Assembly: GCA_951406725.2 (NCBI GenBank)
Contig: OX597829.1
Span: 24,924,001 to 24,988,000 of the forward strand
DNA from: Octopus vulgaris
Lineage: Eukaryota
Length of the DNA: 64,000 nucleotides
Direction: 5' to 3'
In this document: one piece after another, positions 1 to 11,400 of the stretch
How the letters are laid out: every line of letters begins with the position of its first letter
How positions within the stretch are numbered: position 1 is the first letter of the stretch
Made by a program: the position numbers and the translations under genes
Notes under the pieces: generated by a model
What the model saw: only the letters and a program-made list of their open reading frames with translations
What the model was told of the DNA's origin: nothing
The model's database searches: none

Positions 1-143
1 ATAATCTGTGCATGGCTTGCACTACTCTCATGAAACTTCATCTATCCCTACTTTTATTAATAACCACTAAATTAAAATCTATGGAACCCTACCAAAGAGC
101 CAAAGGCCTTCTCTAGTTCTAGGGCAAACCTTTATACATACCT

Positions 144-615
144 ATTTCTTTACTACCCACAAGGGACTAAACACAGAGGAGACAAACAAGGACAGACAGA
201 CGGATTAAGTCGATTTTATCGACCCCAGTGCGTAACTGGTACTTAATTTATCGGCGAGCTGGCAGAAATGTTAGCACGCCGGGCGAAATGCTTAGCGGTA
301 TTTCATCTGCGTTACGTTGTGAGTTCAAATTCCGTCGAGGTCGACTTTGCCTTTCATCCTTTCAGGGTCGATAAATTAAGTACCAGTTACGCACTGGGGT
401 CGATGTAATCGACTTAATACCTATGTCTGTCCTTGTTTGCCCCCTCTGTGTTTAGCCCCTTGTGGGTAATAAAGAAATAGGTACTTAATTTATCGACCCC
501 GAAAGGATGAAAGGCAAAGTCAACCTCAGCGGAATTTGAACTCAGAACGTAACGACAGGCGAAATACCACTAAGCATTTTGCCCGGCGTGCTAACGTTTC
601 TGCCAGCTCGCCACC
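144..615. mobile_element. Nested SINE pair: a + strand tRNA-type SINE (about 253-480) inserted into a - strand copy of the same family
   Basis: Family motif gcctttcatcctttc.gggtcgataaattaagtaccag occurs in both orientations. ggtacttaatttatcg is duplicated on either side of the inner copy (238-253 and about 480-495). Confidence 0.85.
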
Positions 616-639
616 TTATACATACATACATACCATCAA

Positions 640-1000
640 CAGATGTTGGGTATAATGATTTGCCCTTAGCTAAAAACTTGTGTATTTGTCTCACTAAGAA
701 AAGAACATCAATAGTTCCCTGTTCTTGCATGAATCTAAACTATATCTCATCTTCTAATTAGTTGTGTGCCATAACTCTTTCAGTATCTTTCATAACCTGG
801 TCCATCAATTTGATGCCTCTATACTTACCTGTTTTTCAGAACCTTTCATTTTCCCATTACCAGCTGATGATGATACTTCTATGTGAGTCATTTAGTATGA
901 AATCTCCTTGTACTCCATGATAAACTGTGTGCATGTCCTACTTTGTGGGATGCTTTTCAATATACCATTCCCTTTTCAATAACACATTTCCACAAACCAT
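640..1000 (-). mobile_element. Degenerate RTE-type LINE reverse transcriptase fragment
   Basis: Minus-strand remnants such as 'GTIDVLFLVRQIHKFLAKGKSLY' match the RTE 'T.DAIF.VRQLQEK..AK...LY' segment. Confidence 0.6.
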
Positions 1001-1171
1001 ATAATTTGTTGTATAGTTTACAAACATGATTCAGTACATGCCTTAACTGGTCACAAAGCCACATTGATGACAACACTTTACATAGATACACACACCACAA
1101 TTTTCTACCTGGTTTATGAACTTGGCTCAAGACATGTTCCAACTGATCAGAACTCAGAAAACTCCATTATC

Positions 1172-1376
1172 CTATTTCTTTACTACCCACAAGGGGCTAA
1201 ACAAGGACAGACAAACAGATTAAGTCGATTATATCGACCCCAGTACGTAACTGGTACTTATTTAATCGACCCTGAAAGGATGAAAGGCAAAGTCGACCTC
1301 AGCGGAATTTGAACTCAGAACGTAGCGGCAGACGAAATACTGCTAAGCATTTCGCCCGGCGTACTAATGTTTCTAT
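1172..1376 (-). mobile_element. SINE, same family as 144-615
   Basis: Near-identical to 144-252 plus 481-600. Confidence 0.85.
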
Positions 1377-1694
1377 CCGAACCAATACAAATGCACACAC
1401 ATACGCATGTACACACATACAGGCACAGATGTGTGTGTATTCCAACCCCACCCATCTTTTGCTTAGTCTTTTTTATTTTACAGTTTTTTTAAAAACCTTT
1501 TTATTTCTTTTAATGTTTGTGATGTGATTTTTAAGTAGAACATTCCATCTATGATCGTAACCAAAAAGGAAACCTCCAGGAAGTTGCTCAACCTACTAAA
1601 AATAGCCAAATCTTCTTCAAACTACACTCTAATATGCTAAATAAAGGAGGATACACTGGCCAATGTAGTCTCTGATCTAGAACAGGTAGGATGT

Positions 1695-1945
1695 AAAGTT
1701 TCCTTCTCGGGTCATGCTGACTCATGAGGGCTGGTTTCCCAGTTTTCATGGTATATAAATTCCCCACCTGGACAGGATGCCAGTCCATCACAGGATTACT
1801 CACTTTTGCCAGCTGAGTAGACTGGAGTAACGTGAAACGAAGTGTTTTGCTCAAGAACACAACGCATCACCCGGTTCAGGAATCGAAACCACCACCATAC
1901 AATCATGAGGTCAACACCCTAACCATGAAGCCATGTGCCTCCACA
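1695..1945 (-). mobile_element. tRNA-derived SINE with a gatggactggc.tcc.gtccag central domain
   Basis: The reverse complement shows A-box-like (ggcttcatggttagg) and B-box-like (gtttcgattcc) motifs. The central motif is shared with 51161-51440. Confidence 0.65.
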
Positions 1946-2140
1946 CAGAGGAGATGATCATGATTGGAATGTCTTTGATTACAAATCTGCTTTATCAAAG
2001 CTACCTAGGGCTAGACAGCAACAACAACTCCCACCACTATTATCTGTCATCAGTCATCAAGAAACAGAGTTGTGATTCTTCATTTTTCTTTTTTGAATAA
2101 ATAATTATTTTACTCTGTATCATTGTTTGCTTTCTTCCAG

Positions 2141-2246
2141 TGCGGATTTGATTTCCATCATGCTCAGCCAGGTTATGTTATGCTCAACAAATGGTTGAAA
2201 ACAGATGAACCCAATACATTGCCAGAATATGCAAATCAATATATTG
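2141..2246 (+). CDS. NUDT6: Nudix hydrolase (NUDT6-like), internal coding exon; earlier exons lie upstream of the window
   Basis: Acceptor ttcttccag and donor G|gtgact. Translates CGFDFHHAQPGYVMLNKWLKTDEPNTLPEYANQYIG, matching the 'GF.FHHA...Y.ML..W' pre-Nudix segment of the NUDT6 family. Phase 1 joins the next exon. Confidence 0.88.
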
Positions 2247-3726
2247 GTGACTATATATATTTCATCCTTTATCTTTTATTTGTTTCAGTAATTTGATGGC
2301 AGCCATGTTGGAGCACTGCCCTGAAGAATCTTTAGTTGAACAAAACTAAATAGTTATTTTTGATAAGCCAGGTTCTTATTTTATTGATCTCTTTTGTTGA
2401 ACTGCTAAGATATGGGGACATGAACACAACAACACCAGTTCTCAAGTGGTGGTGGGGAACAGACAGACATACACACATGCACGCACACATATGTGCGCAC
2501 ACAGATATAGGCATATTTGTATTTATATAGATAAAGATAGACACACAGATATGTATATATGAGTGTGTGTCTATGGACATACATACGGATATAGTTGTGT
2601 GTGTGTACATATATATCATCATCATCATCATCATCATTTAACGTCCGCTTTCCATGCTAGCATGGGTTGGACGGTTCAACTGGGGTCTGGGGAGCCCGAA
2701 GGCTGCACCAGACCAGTCAGATCTAAATATATATATACACATACATACATACGCACATATGCATATATTATATACATACACTATACATGCATATAAATAA
2801 TATATAGCAGAAATTTTGTGTGTGTGTGTGTGAGTATGTACATGTATGTGAGAGAGAGAGTGAGAGTGTGTGTGCATGCACGTGAGAGAGAAAGGGTGAG
2901 AGTGTGTGTGATGCACAACAAAGTGTGTATCAGAAAGATTGAAATAAATTTTAAAATGAGGAACTGTCACTGTGAGAGAAATATAAGAATGTATAGATAT
3001 CCCTTTTGTTTTCGATTTGTAAGAAAAAAAAGAGAAGGAACTCTCCTGATGGGCTATTTCTTGGGTCAGTCCTTAGAGTTGATATTGCGGGCATCTACTG
3101 CCAATGACTAGTGGGTAATGAGCATGACCATGTTGAAGCACACCCCAGATTGTACACCTGCAGCTATTATCTACATCAGATGTCTCACACACAGTGCATT
3201 AATAGGATAAAACTAATCTGTCTCACAAGGCATGGCCTAGTTGTTAGAATGTTGGGCTCAAGACCATAATGTGGTGGGTTCAAGCCTTGGACAAGGCTGT
3301 ATGTTGTGTCCCTAGACACCTTATTTCACATTACTTCAGTCTATTCAACTGGAAATTGGTGCTTTCAGCAGTAGCAGCTGGGGTTAACCTTGTAGCAGAC
3401 AGGTGTCCAATCAAGGAGGAACCTTCAAAGCTGAGCTAAGTTGTGACTGTTTTATTTCTATTATAGAATGGTTGTCATAAAAGCCTGAGTTCCCCATAGA
3501 CTTGACTGACAAGTTTCAAATCAGTACCAATAAATATGTTTTTTTGGTAATAACACCTGAAAACTATAGTCTGTAGGAGAGAATACTCATTAAAATGTTG
3601 TGTCAAAAACACATTGAAGATGATGAAAATTATCTGAAGAGAAAAAAGGATACAGACATCAAAATGATAATGCTATAATTTATTTCCTTTTTTTTACATG
3701 TATTCTTTTGTGTGTATTTTTTTCAG

Positions 3727-3831
3727 GGGTTGCTGGTTTTGTTGTTAACGAAAGAAATCAACTGCTTGTTATTAAAGAAACTTTTTCAGAGCAGGCAAAA
3801 TGGAAATTACCTGGAGGCCATGCTGAAAAAC
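3727..3831 (+). CDS. NUDT6: NUDT6-like exon
   Basis: tttcag| ... C|gtatgt. Translates (G)VAGFVVNERNQLLVIKETFSEQAKWKLPGGHAEK, the start of the Nudix box. 105 nt, phase 1-1. Confidence 0.9.
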
Positions 3832-4160
3832 GTATGTATCTTTTATCTATTATTTGTTTCAATTCTCAGACTGCATCCATGCTGGGGCACCATATTGAAG
3901 AATTTTTAGTCAAATAAATTGGTCCCCAGTACTTATTTATTTTCTAAGCTTGGTTCTTATTTTATTGATCTCTTTTGGTGAACCACTAAATTACATGGAC
4001 ATAAACACACCATCACCAGTTGTCAAGCAGTGATGAGAACAAACACAGGTATAGACACACACACACACTCATTATACACCAGTTTATTTCATTATATATT
4101 TACTAATGTATATATTATATATGCACAATTTAATTTAAATGTTATTATATTATTATGCAG

Positions 4161-4363
4161 AAGAGGACCTACCAGATACTGCTATCAGGGAAACATTTGA
4201 AGAAACTGGTGTTAAATGTAAATTTGAATCACTATTAGCATTCCGCCATCAACACAACTACTATTTTGGCTGCTCAGATATATATTTCATTTGTGTTTTA
4301 CGGCCATTAACTGAAGAGATAAATCCATGTTTACAAGAAGTGAAAGAATGTAAATGGATGGAT
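4161..4363 (+). CDS. NUDT6: NUDT6-like exon completing the Nudix box
   Basis: tgcag| ... GAT|gtaagt. The spliced motif GHAEKQEDLPDTAIRETFEETGV fits GX5EX7REUXEEXGU and is followed by FRHQH..FGCSDIYFIC, typical of NUDT6. Confidence 0.92.
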
Positions 4364-4574
4364 GTAAGTATTGCAAAGTAGAAAATTTTCTTTATTTTAT
4401 AGCCTCACTTTCATATAACTTCATTTACTTAAATTTGTTTTCTTCCTTTTTTTTTTAACACTTTTTTTTGTGGTGTCCTTTCACTACTCTATTAACATGA
4501 TTCCAATGATCTTTCCAGTTTAATTTTTGGCTTAACTTAGGAAGATTGTCTGAAAGATATTTGGAAAGTATTCT

Positions 4575-4920
4575 GGCCCCCGTTTGCCAGCTCTGTCTGG
4601 CCCCGTGTCGGTGGCACGTAAAAGCACCATCCGCTCGTGTTCGTTGCCAGCCTCGGCTGGCCCCGTGCCGGTGACACGTAAAAGCACCATCCGTTCGTGG
4701 CCGTTGTGCCAGCTCTGTCTGGCACCTGTGCAGGTGGCACGTAAAAAACACCCACTACACTCGCGGAGTGGTTGGCGTTAGGAAGGGCATCCAGCCGTAG
4801 GAACACTGCCAAATCTGACTGGGCCTGATGAAGCCTTCCGGCTTCACAGACCCCAGTTAAACCGTCCAACCCATGCTAGCATGGAAAACGGATGCTAAAT
4901 GATGATGATGATGATGATGA
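4575..4920 (+). mobile_element. 5'-truncated RTE-LINE 3' end or derived SINE with (ATG)n tail
   Basis: Tandem gtgccggtggcacgtaaaagcacc units, then ttggcgttaggaagggcatccagc and a (TGA)n tail. The same family occurs at 11575, 15795 and 45900. Confidence 0.85.
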
Positions 4921-5199
4921 ACATTATATCAAAACACCCCAAATGTGAAAAATGGTCTAAAAACAGACATTTTTAAATATAAATTTTTAAGTAATGGTGT
5001 AGTTTCTTTTTAAAATACTTGTAATTTTAATTGCAAAAACAATTATTTGAGTTATAATCTACTTCTTAGTCTTTCATAAATTTTTGGATGCAATATTTGG
5101 AAACATCATCAGTGTTGTATCTTTGGGGCACTGGGTGCTTAGTGTTTTTTGACATTCACCTTCATCTAAGCAACTAGGACTAGGTTTGTTACTACTGAC

Positions 5200-5760
5200 C
5201 CCCCAGCAGTCACCTATTTCTTAGCCAGAGCCACCTTGATGCATTTTTTGTATCCTCCTCATTCCTTTTGAGAGTTCTTTGTTTTTGATAGTTCTACTCT
5301 CCATAGGCCTTACTAAGAGAACAATATGCAAACCATCACCAGTCTATTTCCACTGGCACACACTTGATCCTCCGCCAACTCTTGGTTCTTCACCTTCTAC
5401 TTTTGTATCTCTTCCATCTTCTCCTGTCAGGACACATTTAACTCCAATAAAATATGCTGTCTTGCAGATTCAGAAACCATGATAATGTTTAGTCTCTATG
5501 AGGACTGAACAAGATGTGATGAAATTTTCAGCTGCCTCTCCCAAGTCAACTTTCATCACTCTGTCATATTCTGTGGAAGAGCAATTATTAGGTCTTTTCT
5601 ATGGTATCCTTAATAAAGATGACCCCTCTTGATTGTAGTCTTTGGATTATTGAATGACTTCTGAAATATTTGCTTCTTTGTAGAGAATAAAGGAGTAGTT
5701 GCACTTGAGTGGTTTCTGGTAGACGTGTTCAATAGACCATAAAATAATTTGAACTCAACA
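5200..5760 (-). mobile_element. Degenerate non-LTR retrotransposon C-terminus (restriction-like endonuclease, Hero/NeSL-like) in the last NUDT6 intron
   Basis: Frameshifted minus-strand remnants resemble 'DL.RQLK....LR..I.MVSESARQ.ILLELNVS(W)QEKMEE', 'PVEI' and 'RWLWLR'. Confidence 0.6.
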
Positions 5761-5974
5761 CTATGATTTAAGAAACAATCCTCTTGTTTAAAGCTGTTTA
5801 TTCTTCCTCATGGTACCAATTAGATGCTGTGACTTTAAGAGTTAAATTGGTTTAAGTAATTTTCTTATATTGCTTCTCCGTTCTTGAATGAAAAAGAAAT
5901 TAATTTATACAAATTTATTTTTTAATAAATTTTTAATAAAGATCTTTTAACATGTCTACATTATTTAATTTCAG

Positions 5975-6142
5975 TTGGATGAATATATTAGTAATACAGA
6001 TATTACTGATGCAAACAGATTTTTTGCTAAAAGTTACAAGCAGCAGCTTGAAACTAAGATGGCTATAAAACCAACCAAAGTTTGGAATTTCAGAAAAAAT
6101 CTGAAAAATAATATATATTCTCTTCAAACATTACAAGATTGA
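5975..6142 (+). CDS. NUDT6: NUDT6-like terminal coding exon
   Basis: Acceptor aatttcag, phase 0, open for 55 codons (LDEYISNTDITDANRFFAKSYKQQ...YSLQTLQD) to TGA. AATAAA at 6275 and 6383. Confidence 0.8.
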   Translation: MDEYISNTDITDANRFFAKSYKQQLETKMAIKPTKVWNFRKNLKNNIYSLQTLQD

Positions 6143-6996
6143 ATTTTTATATATTTAATTAATGATTGTGAATTAGTAAAATCTAAAATTTTATTTTTTA
6201 ATTTCTATGATATTTTGGTTGAAATATTTTGATATCAATACGATTTATGAAAGCAGTTACTTTCAGAATTTTCCAATAAAACAATTATACAAATATTTAT
6301 AATATATTTTTTGTTGGTTTGAGCTTTCTTCCATTTTATTTTCTTATTTTTAAAATATCCAAAACATGAAGCTGTTTAGATTAATAAAGTTATAGTCAAT
6401 TGACTCAACACAACCCCACCACTCAACCATTTATTTCTGGGCTCTCTGCTGTCATTGCTCTTTCTCCTATTCCCCTCCTTGGTCGTCCAAACAAATGCAC
6501 TCATCCTAGGTTATTGAGTACCTTTTACACTTCCTATCACTCCACACCCACCCTTTTCTGCTATCATTGTTTCTTCTCTCCTTCCCATCCTCTGTCTACA
6601 TGCCTCAAGTTACTGAGAGCTTTCTACAGTTATGGTGTACAAGATGACTCATTCCCGAGCCAGTGCCACTGGGCTCCCCTCTGCAAGTGATTGGTGAACA
6701 AAACTAAATTTCTAGGGTTACTAAAAAATATGCATCCAGTACACTCTGAAATGATTGGTGGATAAGCAGTTGTGTAGTACTGTGAGATATCTCAAGTCCT
6801 GCTTTGTTGAGGACTGTTCAGCCTCCTTAGTGTTGATGAGAAAATGAACCATATACGTTCTGTAAAGTGGTTGGAGATAAAATGGGTAACCAGCCACATA
6901 AAACCAAACCAAATGACACATCTAAACACCAGTATATGAGAACAGTGGCACCCAGTAAAAGATGATTTAGACATACACAATTCCTACATATGTGCT

Positions 6997-7402
6997 TCGG
7001 AGTGGCTGTGTGGTAAGTAGCTTGTTTACCAACCACATGGTTCGGATTCAGTCCCACTGCGTGGCACTTTGGGCAAGTGTCTTCTACTATAGCCTCGGGC
7101 CGACCAAAGCCTTGTGAGTGGATTTGGTAGACGGAAACTGAAAGAAGCCCGTCGTATATATGTATGTATATATATATATATGCGTGTTTGTGTGTCTGTG
7201 TTTATCCCCCTAGCATTGCTTGACAACCGATGCAGGTGTGTTTATGCCCCCGTTACTTAGCGGTTCGGCAAAAGAGACTGATAGAATAAGTACTGGGCTT
7301 ACAAATGAATAAGTCCCCGGGTCGAGTTGCTCGAATAAAGGCAGTGCTCCAGCATGGCCGCAGTCAAATGACTGAAACAAGTAAAATAGTAAAAGAGTAA
7401 AA
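6997..7402 (+). mobile_element. tRNA-derived SINE (ggagtggctgtgtggtaag family) with internal (TA)n and (agtaaa)n tail
   Basis: tRNA-like head. Full-length homology to 23634-24012 and, inverted, to 36754-37124 and 15500-16240. Confidence 0.9.
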
Positions 7403-7906
7403 CAAATAAAAAACACAGAAATGAACACACAGATGCTTATGCGGCCTTTGGGCATCCGCCAACCCCAACCCCCCAAATACTACACACATAGTACCACTGT
7501 ACATATTCGAATTCTACAAGAACACCGACCCTAAAACTTACGCACATTTCCCATACACATTTTTCCAAAAAAACTCTTTTGTCACCTCCCAATACACCCA
7601 CAGAGGGTGTTTTGGTGCCAGCGCCCCCAGCTCAGCTCGTTTCGTCATAGTCACGGCACCGACAAACTTGATGTTCCTTTTCATCTCCATCAATTGAGAG
7701 TAGTCGCCATATTTCATTCCATAACTACCGTCTCTGAAGGGCACTGGGTTAAATAGATGTGAAATCAATTGGTAAGATAGGCTGTTATGGATATATAATA
7801 CTGCACACTACGATTAAGAGATCCCACTCTATAAACAAATATACGAATGTATATTTCTTTTTCTGATTTATGGATTCTTAGACGGTATATATGTATATGT
7901 GTGTGC

Positions 7907-8985
7907 GGAGGCGCGATGGCTCAGTGGTAAGGGCAGTGGACTCGCGGTTTCGGATCCGAAACGGATCTTTTCGTTTTGAGCGGCAGTTTTCAACACAATT
8001 TCGAGTTAACTAAACACTTTTAAACTTCGTATACTTGTAGAATGTGACAAAATAAAACATTTTTTTCTCTTGGCTTTCTTGAGAAAATTGTAATTTGTAA
8101 GTTTAACGTAGTTTAATTTTTCGAATTTTAACCAATGGCCTCTATTGCTGTATCTAAAACTGAGACAACATCCTGTCACTGCTATGTTTACGTACGGAAA
8201 GCGTGTGTATAAAATTATAGAATTATTTTGTTTGTTAATTGTTTAAATTATTTTCCATTGCTTTTGTTTTAGCCTTTCGTTTTTTTTTTCTTAAGCAATG
8301 GAAAATAGTTTAAACAATACACGTGCATTTCAAAACAAAAACAAAACGAATAATTTTAGACACACGCGTAACAATTAAATTAATTTAACAATTAAGAAAA
8401 AAAAAACAAAACGAAAGGCTAAAATTTAGGTTTAGGGTTAGTGACAGGATGTTGTCTCAGTTTTAGACGCAGCAACTGATTTCAGCTCAATAGAGGCCAT
8501 TGATTGGTTAAAATTTGAAAAATTAAACTACGTTAAACTTACAAATTTACAATTTCCTCAAGAAAGTCAAGAGAAAAAAATGTTTTATTTTGACACATTC
8601 TACCAGTATACGAAGTTTAAAAGTGTTAACTAGAAATTGTGTTGAAAACTGCCGCTTAAAAGGAAAAGATCCACGGTTTTGATTCCTAGACCTGGCGTTG
8701 TGAGTGTTTATTGAGCAAAAACACCTAAAGCTCCACGAGGCACCGGCAGATGGTGGTGGTGAACCTTGCTGTACTCTTCCACCACAACTTTCTCTCTTTC
8801 TTCCTGTTTCTGTTATACTTGTATTACAAAGGGCCAGCCTTGTCACACTGAATCTCCCCGAGAACTATGTTAAGGGTACACATGTCTGTGGAGTGCTCAG
8901 CCACTTGCACGTTGATTTCACCAGCAGGCTGTTCCATTGATCAGATCAACTGGAACCCTCGTCATCGTAACCGATGGAGTGTCAC
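7907..8985 (+). mobile_element. tRNA-derived SINE interrupted by a foldback MITE
   Basis: The head ggaggcgcgatggctcagtggtaagggcagtggactcgc resumes at 8673 (ggttttgattcctagacc). Uninterrupted head at 51161. Confidence 0.75.
7963..8672. mobile_element. Palindromic (foldback) MITE with GGATCTTTTC...GAAAAGATCC ends
   Basis: Arms 7963-8190 and 8440-8672 are inverted copies, with a further inner inverted repeat. Same termini as 47172-47552. Confidence 0.85.
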
Positions 8986-9053
8986 GATTGCATGTGCCTC
9001 GTTGGCGATTTTCTTTCTCTGTCTTCCCTTCCTTGGACCTTCCCTTTTTCTAT

Positions 9054-9087
9054 GTTTCTGACGAAGAGCTCCGCTCGATACGTTAAA
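9054..9087 (+). ncRNA. Minimal type I hammerhead ribozyme motif (Penelope-associated type), core mutated GAAA>GATA
   Basis: GTTT CTGACGA A GAGC TCC GCTC GAT ACGT T AAAT: CUGANGA core, stem II GAGC/GCUC, palindromic ACGU stem III, stem I GUUU/AAAU. Confidence 0.6.
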
Positions 9088-9874
9088 TCCTCCTTCTTTC
9101 TTTCCTTTCTTGAGTGTCCAATAACACTATTTTTGTTCCACGTCCTCACGTTGTGTTTTCGATGCGTGGCCACATGGTTATGGTGTTGCACTCATGATTG
9201 CGTGCACCTGTTCAGGCAACATTAATTTGATGGAGGGAGTGAGCTAATGTACAGTACATACATTTGATCACTATAAGCAAATCATATTTGCAGGTTGTTT
9301 GGTAAAAAAGCTGAACACTCATATGTTGTCTTCAATGGGAAAGTCCATCATGTATGTATGTAGATGGATGGCCGGACAGACAGATAGAATACATAGCTAT
9401 CCACATGGAAGAATATGGCCATCAGAACAAAGAAGAGAGTAGTAGAGGTTCTAATAGATAGAAGAAAGACAAAATTATCAGGTAGTTAAAGTGTGTAAGC
9501 TAATGGTAGAAGTCAAATGTAACATGTAGATCTAGAGAATCCAGTTCCAGTGATTTGGGTTAATTTAAATTAAATGTCCCTTTATAAGAGAGCCTAAATG
9601 TTCTAAGAATCTTGTAGTTGCCATTGATAATTGGCTCCTTCCTTTTGTGAAGAAGTTGTGTCTGATAATAAAATTTGAATTGCTTCTTGGCTGCACAATT
9701 GGGGTGGCTTTCATTCTCCTGTATAAGGGGTTGCAAATTTCACTATGTTCCACTGAAATGTGAATTGGGTGCACTAGCGTAGCTAGGGGTGGGGAATCAT
9801 AGGCGCGGTCTGCCCCAGGCGGCACTTTTGGTCTGCTGTAGGCAATATGTATTTTTTGTAGGGTCTGGGGCAGC

Positions 9875-10790
9875 AAATGGAAGGGCCAAGTTCCCTCAGC
9901 TTCTGGAGAGTCATTAATGAAACATGTGCTTGAGCATTGTCGTGACAAATAATTGGCCCTCTTTTGTTGACCAGTTTGGGATGGAGGAGTAGCAGTTTTT
10001 CGTTCATTTTGGCAATTTCATGGCAATATGTTTCTGCAGTAATGGTTTTTCTGGGTTTTAAGAAGTTATAGTAGATATGTCTAGCAGTACACCATCAAAC
10101 AGTCACCATGACCTTTTTGAAGAGCTCGGGTTTAAGGAAGGTTTTTGGTACTTCATTTTGGTCCAACCACTGTGAAGAACATTTTTTATTATTGTACAGA
10201 ATCCCCTTTTCATTGCAACTTACGATATAGTCAAGAAATAGATCGGTCTGGTTACGGAGAAGAAGCAATGAGCAAATTTCCTATCTGCGTATTTTCTGAT
10301 TTTCATTCAAATCGTGTAGTACCCATTTATTGAGCTTTTTTGATTTTCCGATCACATGCATACGATTGCAGGCAGTTTTCTGGCTAACTTCAAGTTCTTT
10401 TGCCAGTTCTTGAGTGGGTTTATGTGGATCTTTCTCAATGATGGTCCTTAATTGACTGTCATCAATGACAGATGAATGCCCACTACACTCACGATCTTCA
10501 AGGTTCAGGTCTTCACTGTGAAATCATTTTAACCATTTTCGAGCTGACCACTCACTGGTCATCTCCTCACCAAAAGTTCCATTGATATTGCGAGCAGTTT
10601 CTGCTGCTTTACGTCCTTTTTTGGAGGTAAATAGCAAAATTGTTAATTTATCGATGCATTTGGGCAAGTCTATGTCTGTATTATCAGACAATTGCAAAAA
10701 AATGTTTAAAAAAAAATTCAAGATTCTGCAAAAATCCAGTACAGATTCTTCATGGTTCAAAACGTTGCTTACTTTTTACTCACCCTGATA
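9875..10790 (-). mobile_element. Degenerate mariner (Mos1/SETMAR-like) transposase
   Basis: 'KGRKAAETARNINGTFGEEMTSEWSARKWLK' helix-turn-helix and 'PIICHDNAQAHVSLMTLQKLRELG' (HDNA motif), with frameshifts. Confidence 0.88.
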
Positions 10791-10799
10791 GATGCATTG

Positions 10800-11340
10800 G
10801 AAACCAAAGGTGTAATTAAAATATGCGCTCTAGGTGGCATAGTCAATATTTCTCCAGTCATGTGGGTTAGAAAGAAAAATGGATGACTGTGTATGTGACC
10901 CAACTATAAAGTTCACTTAAATGAAAAAATATGCACGGAAGATTATTCTTTGCCACAAACAGAAACAATGTTCAGCAAGCTTAGTGGCACAAAATTCTTC
11001 TTTAAGATTGACTTAACTGACACATATTTGCAGATCGAGCTCAATGAAAATAGTCAGAAGCTCTGCATCATAAATATTTACAAGAGGGGTATACTTGGTT
11101 ACGCAATTACAGACGGTGACGATAAATAGCTCTGCAATTTTTTCAGCATGCTATAGAGAATGTAGTGTTCAAGGGACTAAACATTTAAATGCCATCCTTG
11201 GAAGATTACACAAGAAACAAGTCAAAAGAAAAAAAGTGTTCAAAAGACTTCAAGCATTACATTTTTAGGCCATGTGATATCGGCAGAGGGTATTAAACCA
11301 GTGAAAGATATCCACCAAATCGACTTCCTTAATGAGGTGA
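10800..11340 (+). mobile_element. Degenerate Ty3/Gypsy reverse transcriptase fragment
   Basis: 'DYSLPQTETMFSKLSGTKFFFKIDLTDTYLQIELNENSQKLCIIN' and 'ITFLGHVISAEGIKP'. Confidence 0.8.
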
Positions 11341-11400
11341 TGAGTGTTATATATGAAACTTCTAATCAATATATAACAAATGCAGTACATTTGTTTTACT

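Noticed and set aside
6997-7075. tRNA gene (also 7907, 23634, 51161, 53875)
   Set aside because: The tRNA-like heads continue into SINE bodies and lack a full cloverleaf.
7538-7768. CpG-rich minus-strand ORF ending near a GTAAGT donor-like site
   Set aside because: No recognisable protein motif, clear acceptor or partner exons; probably a repeat fragment.
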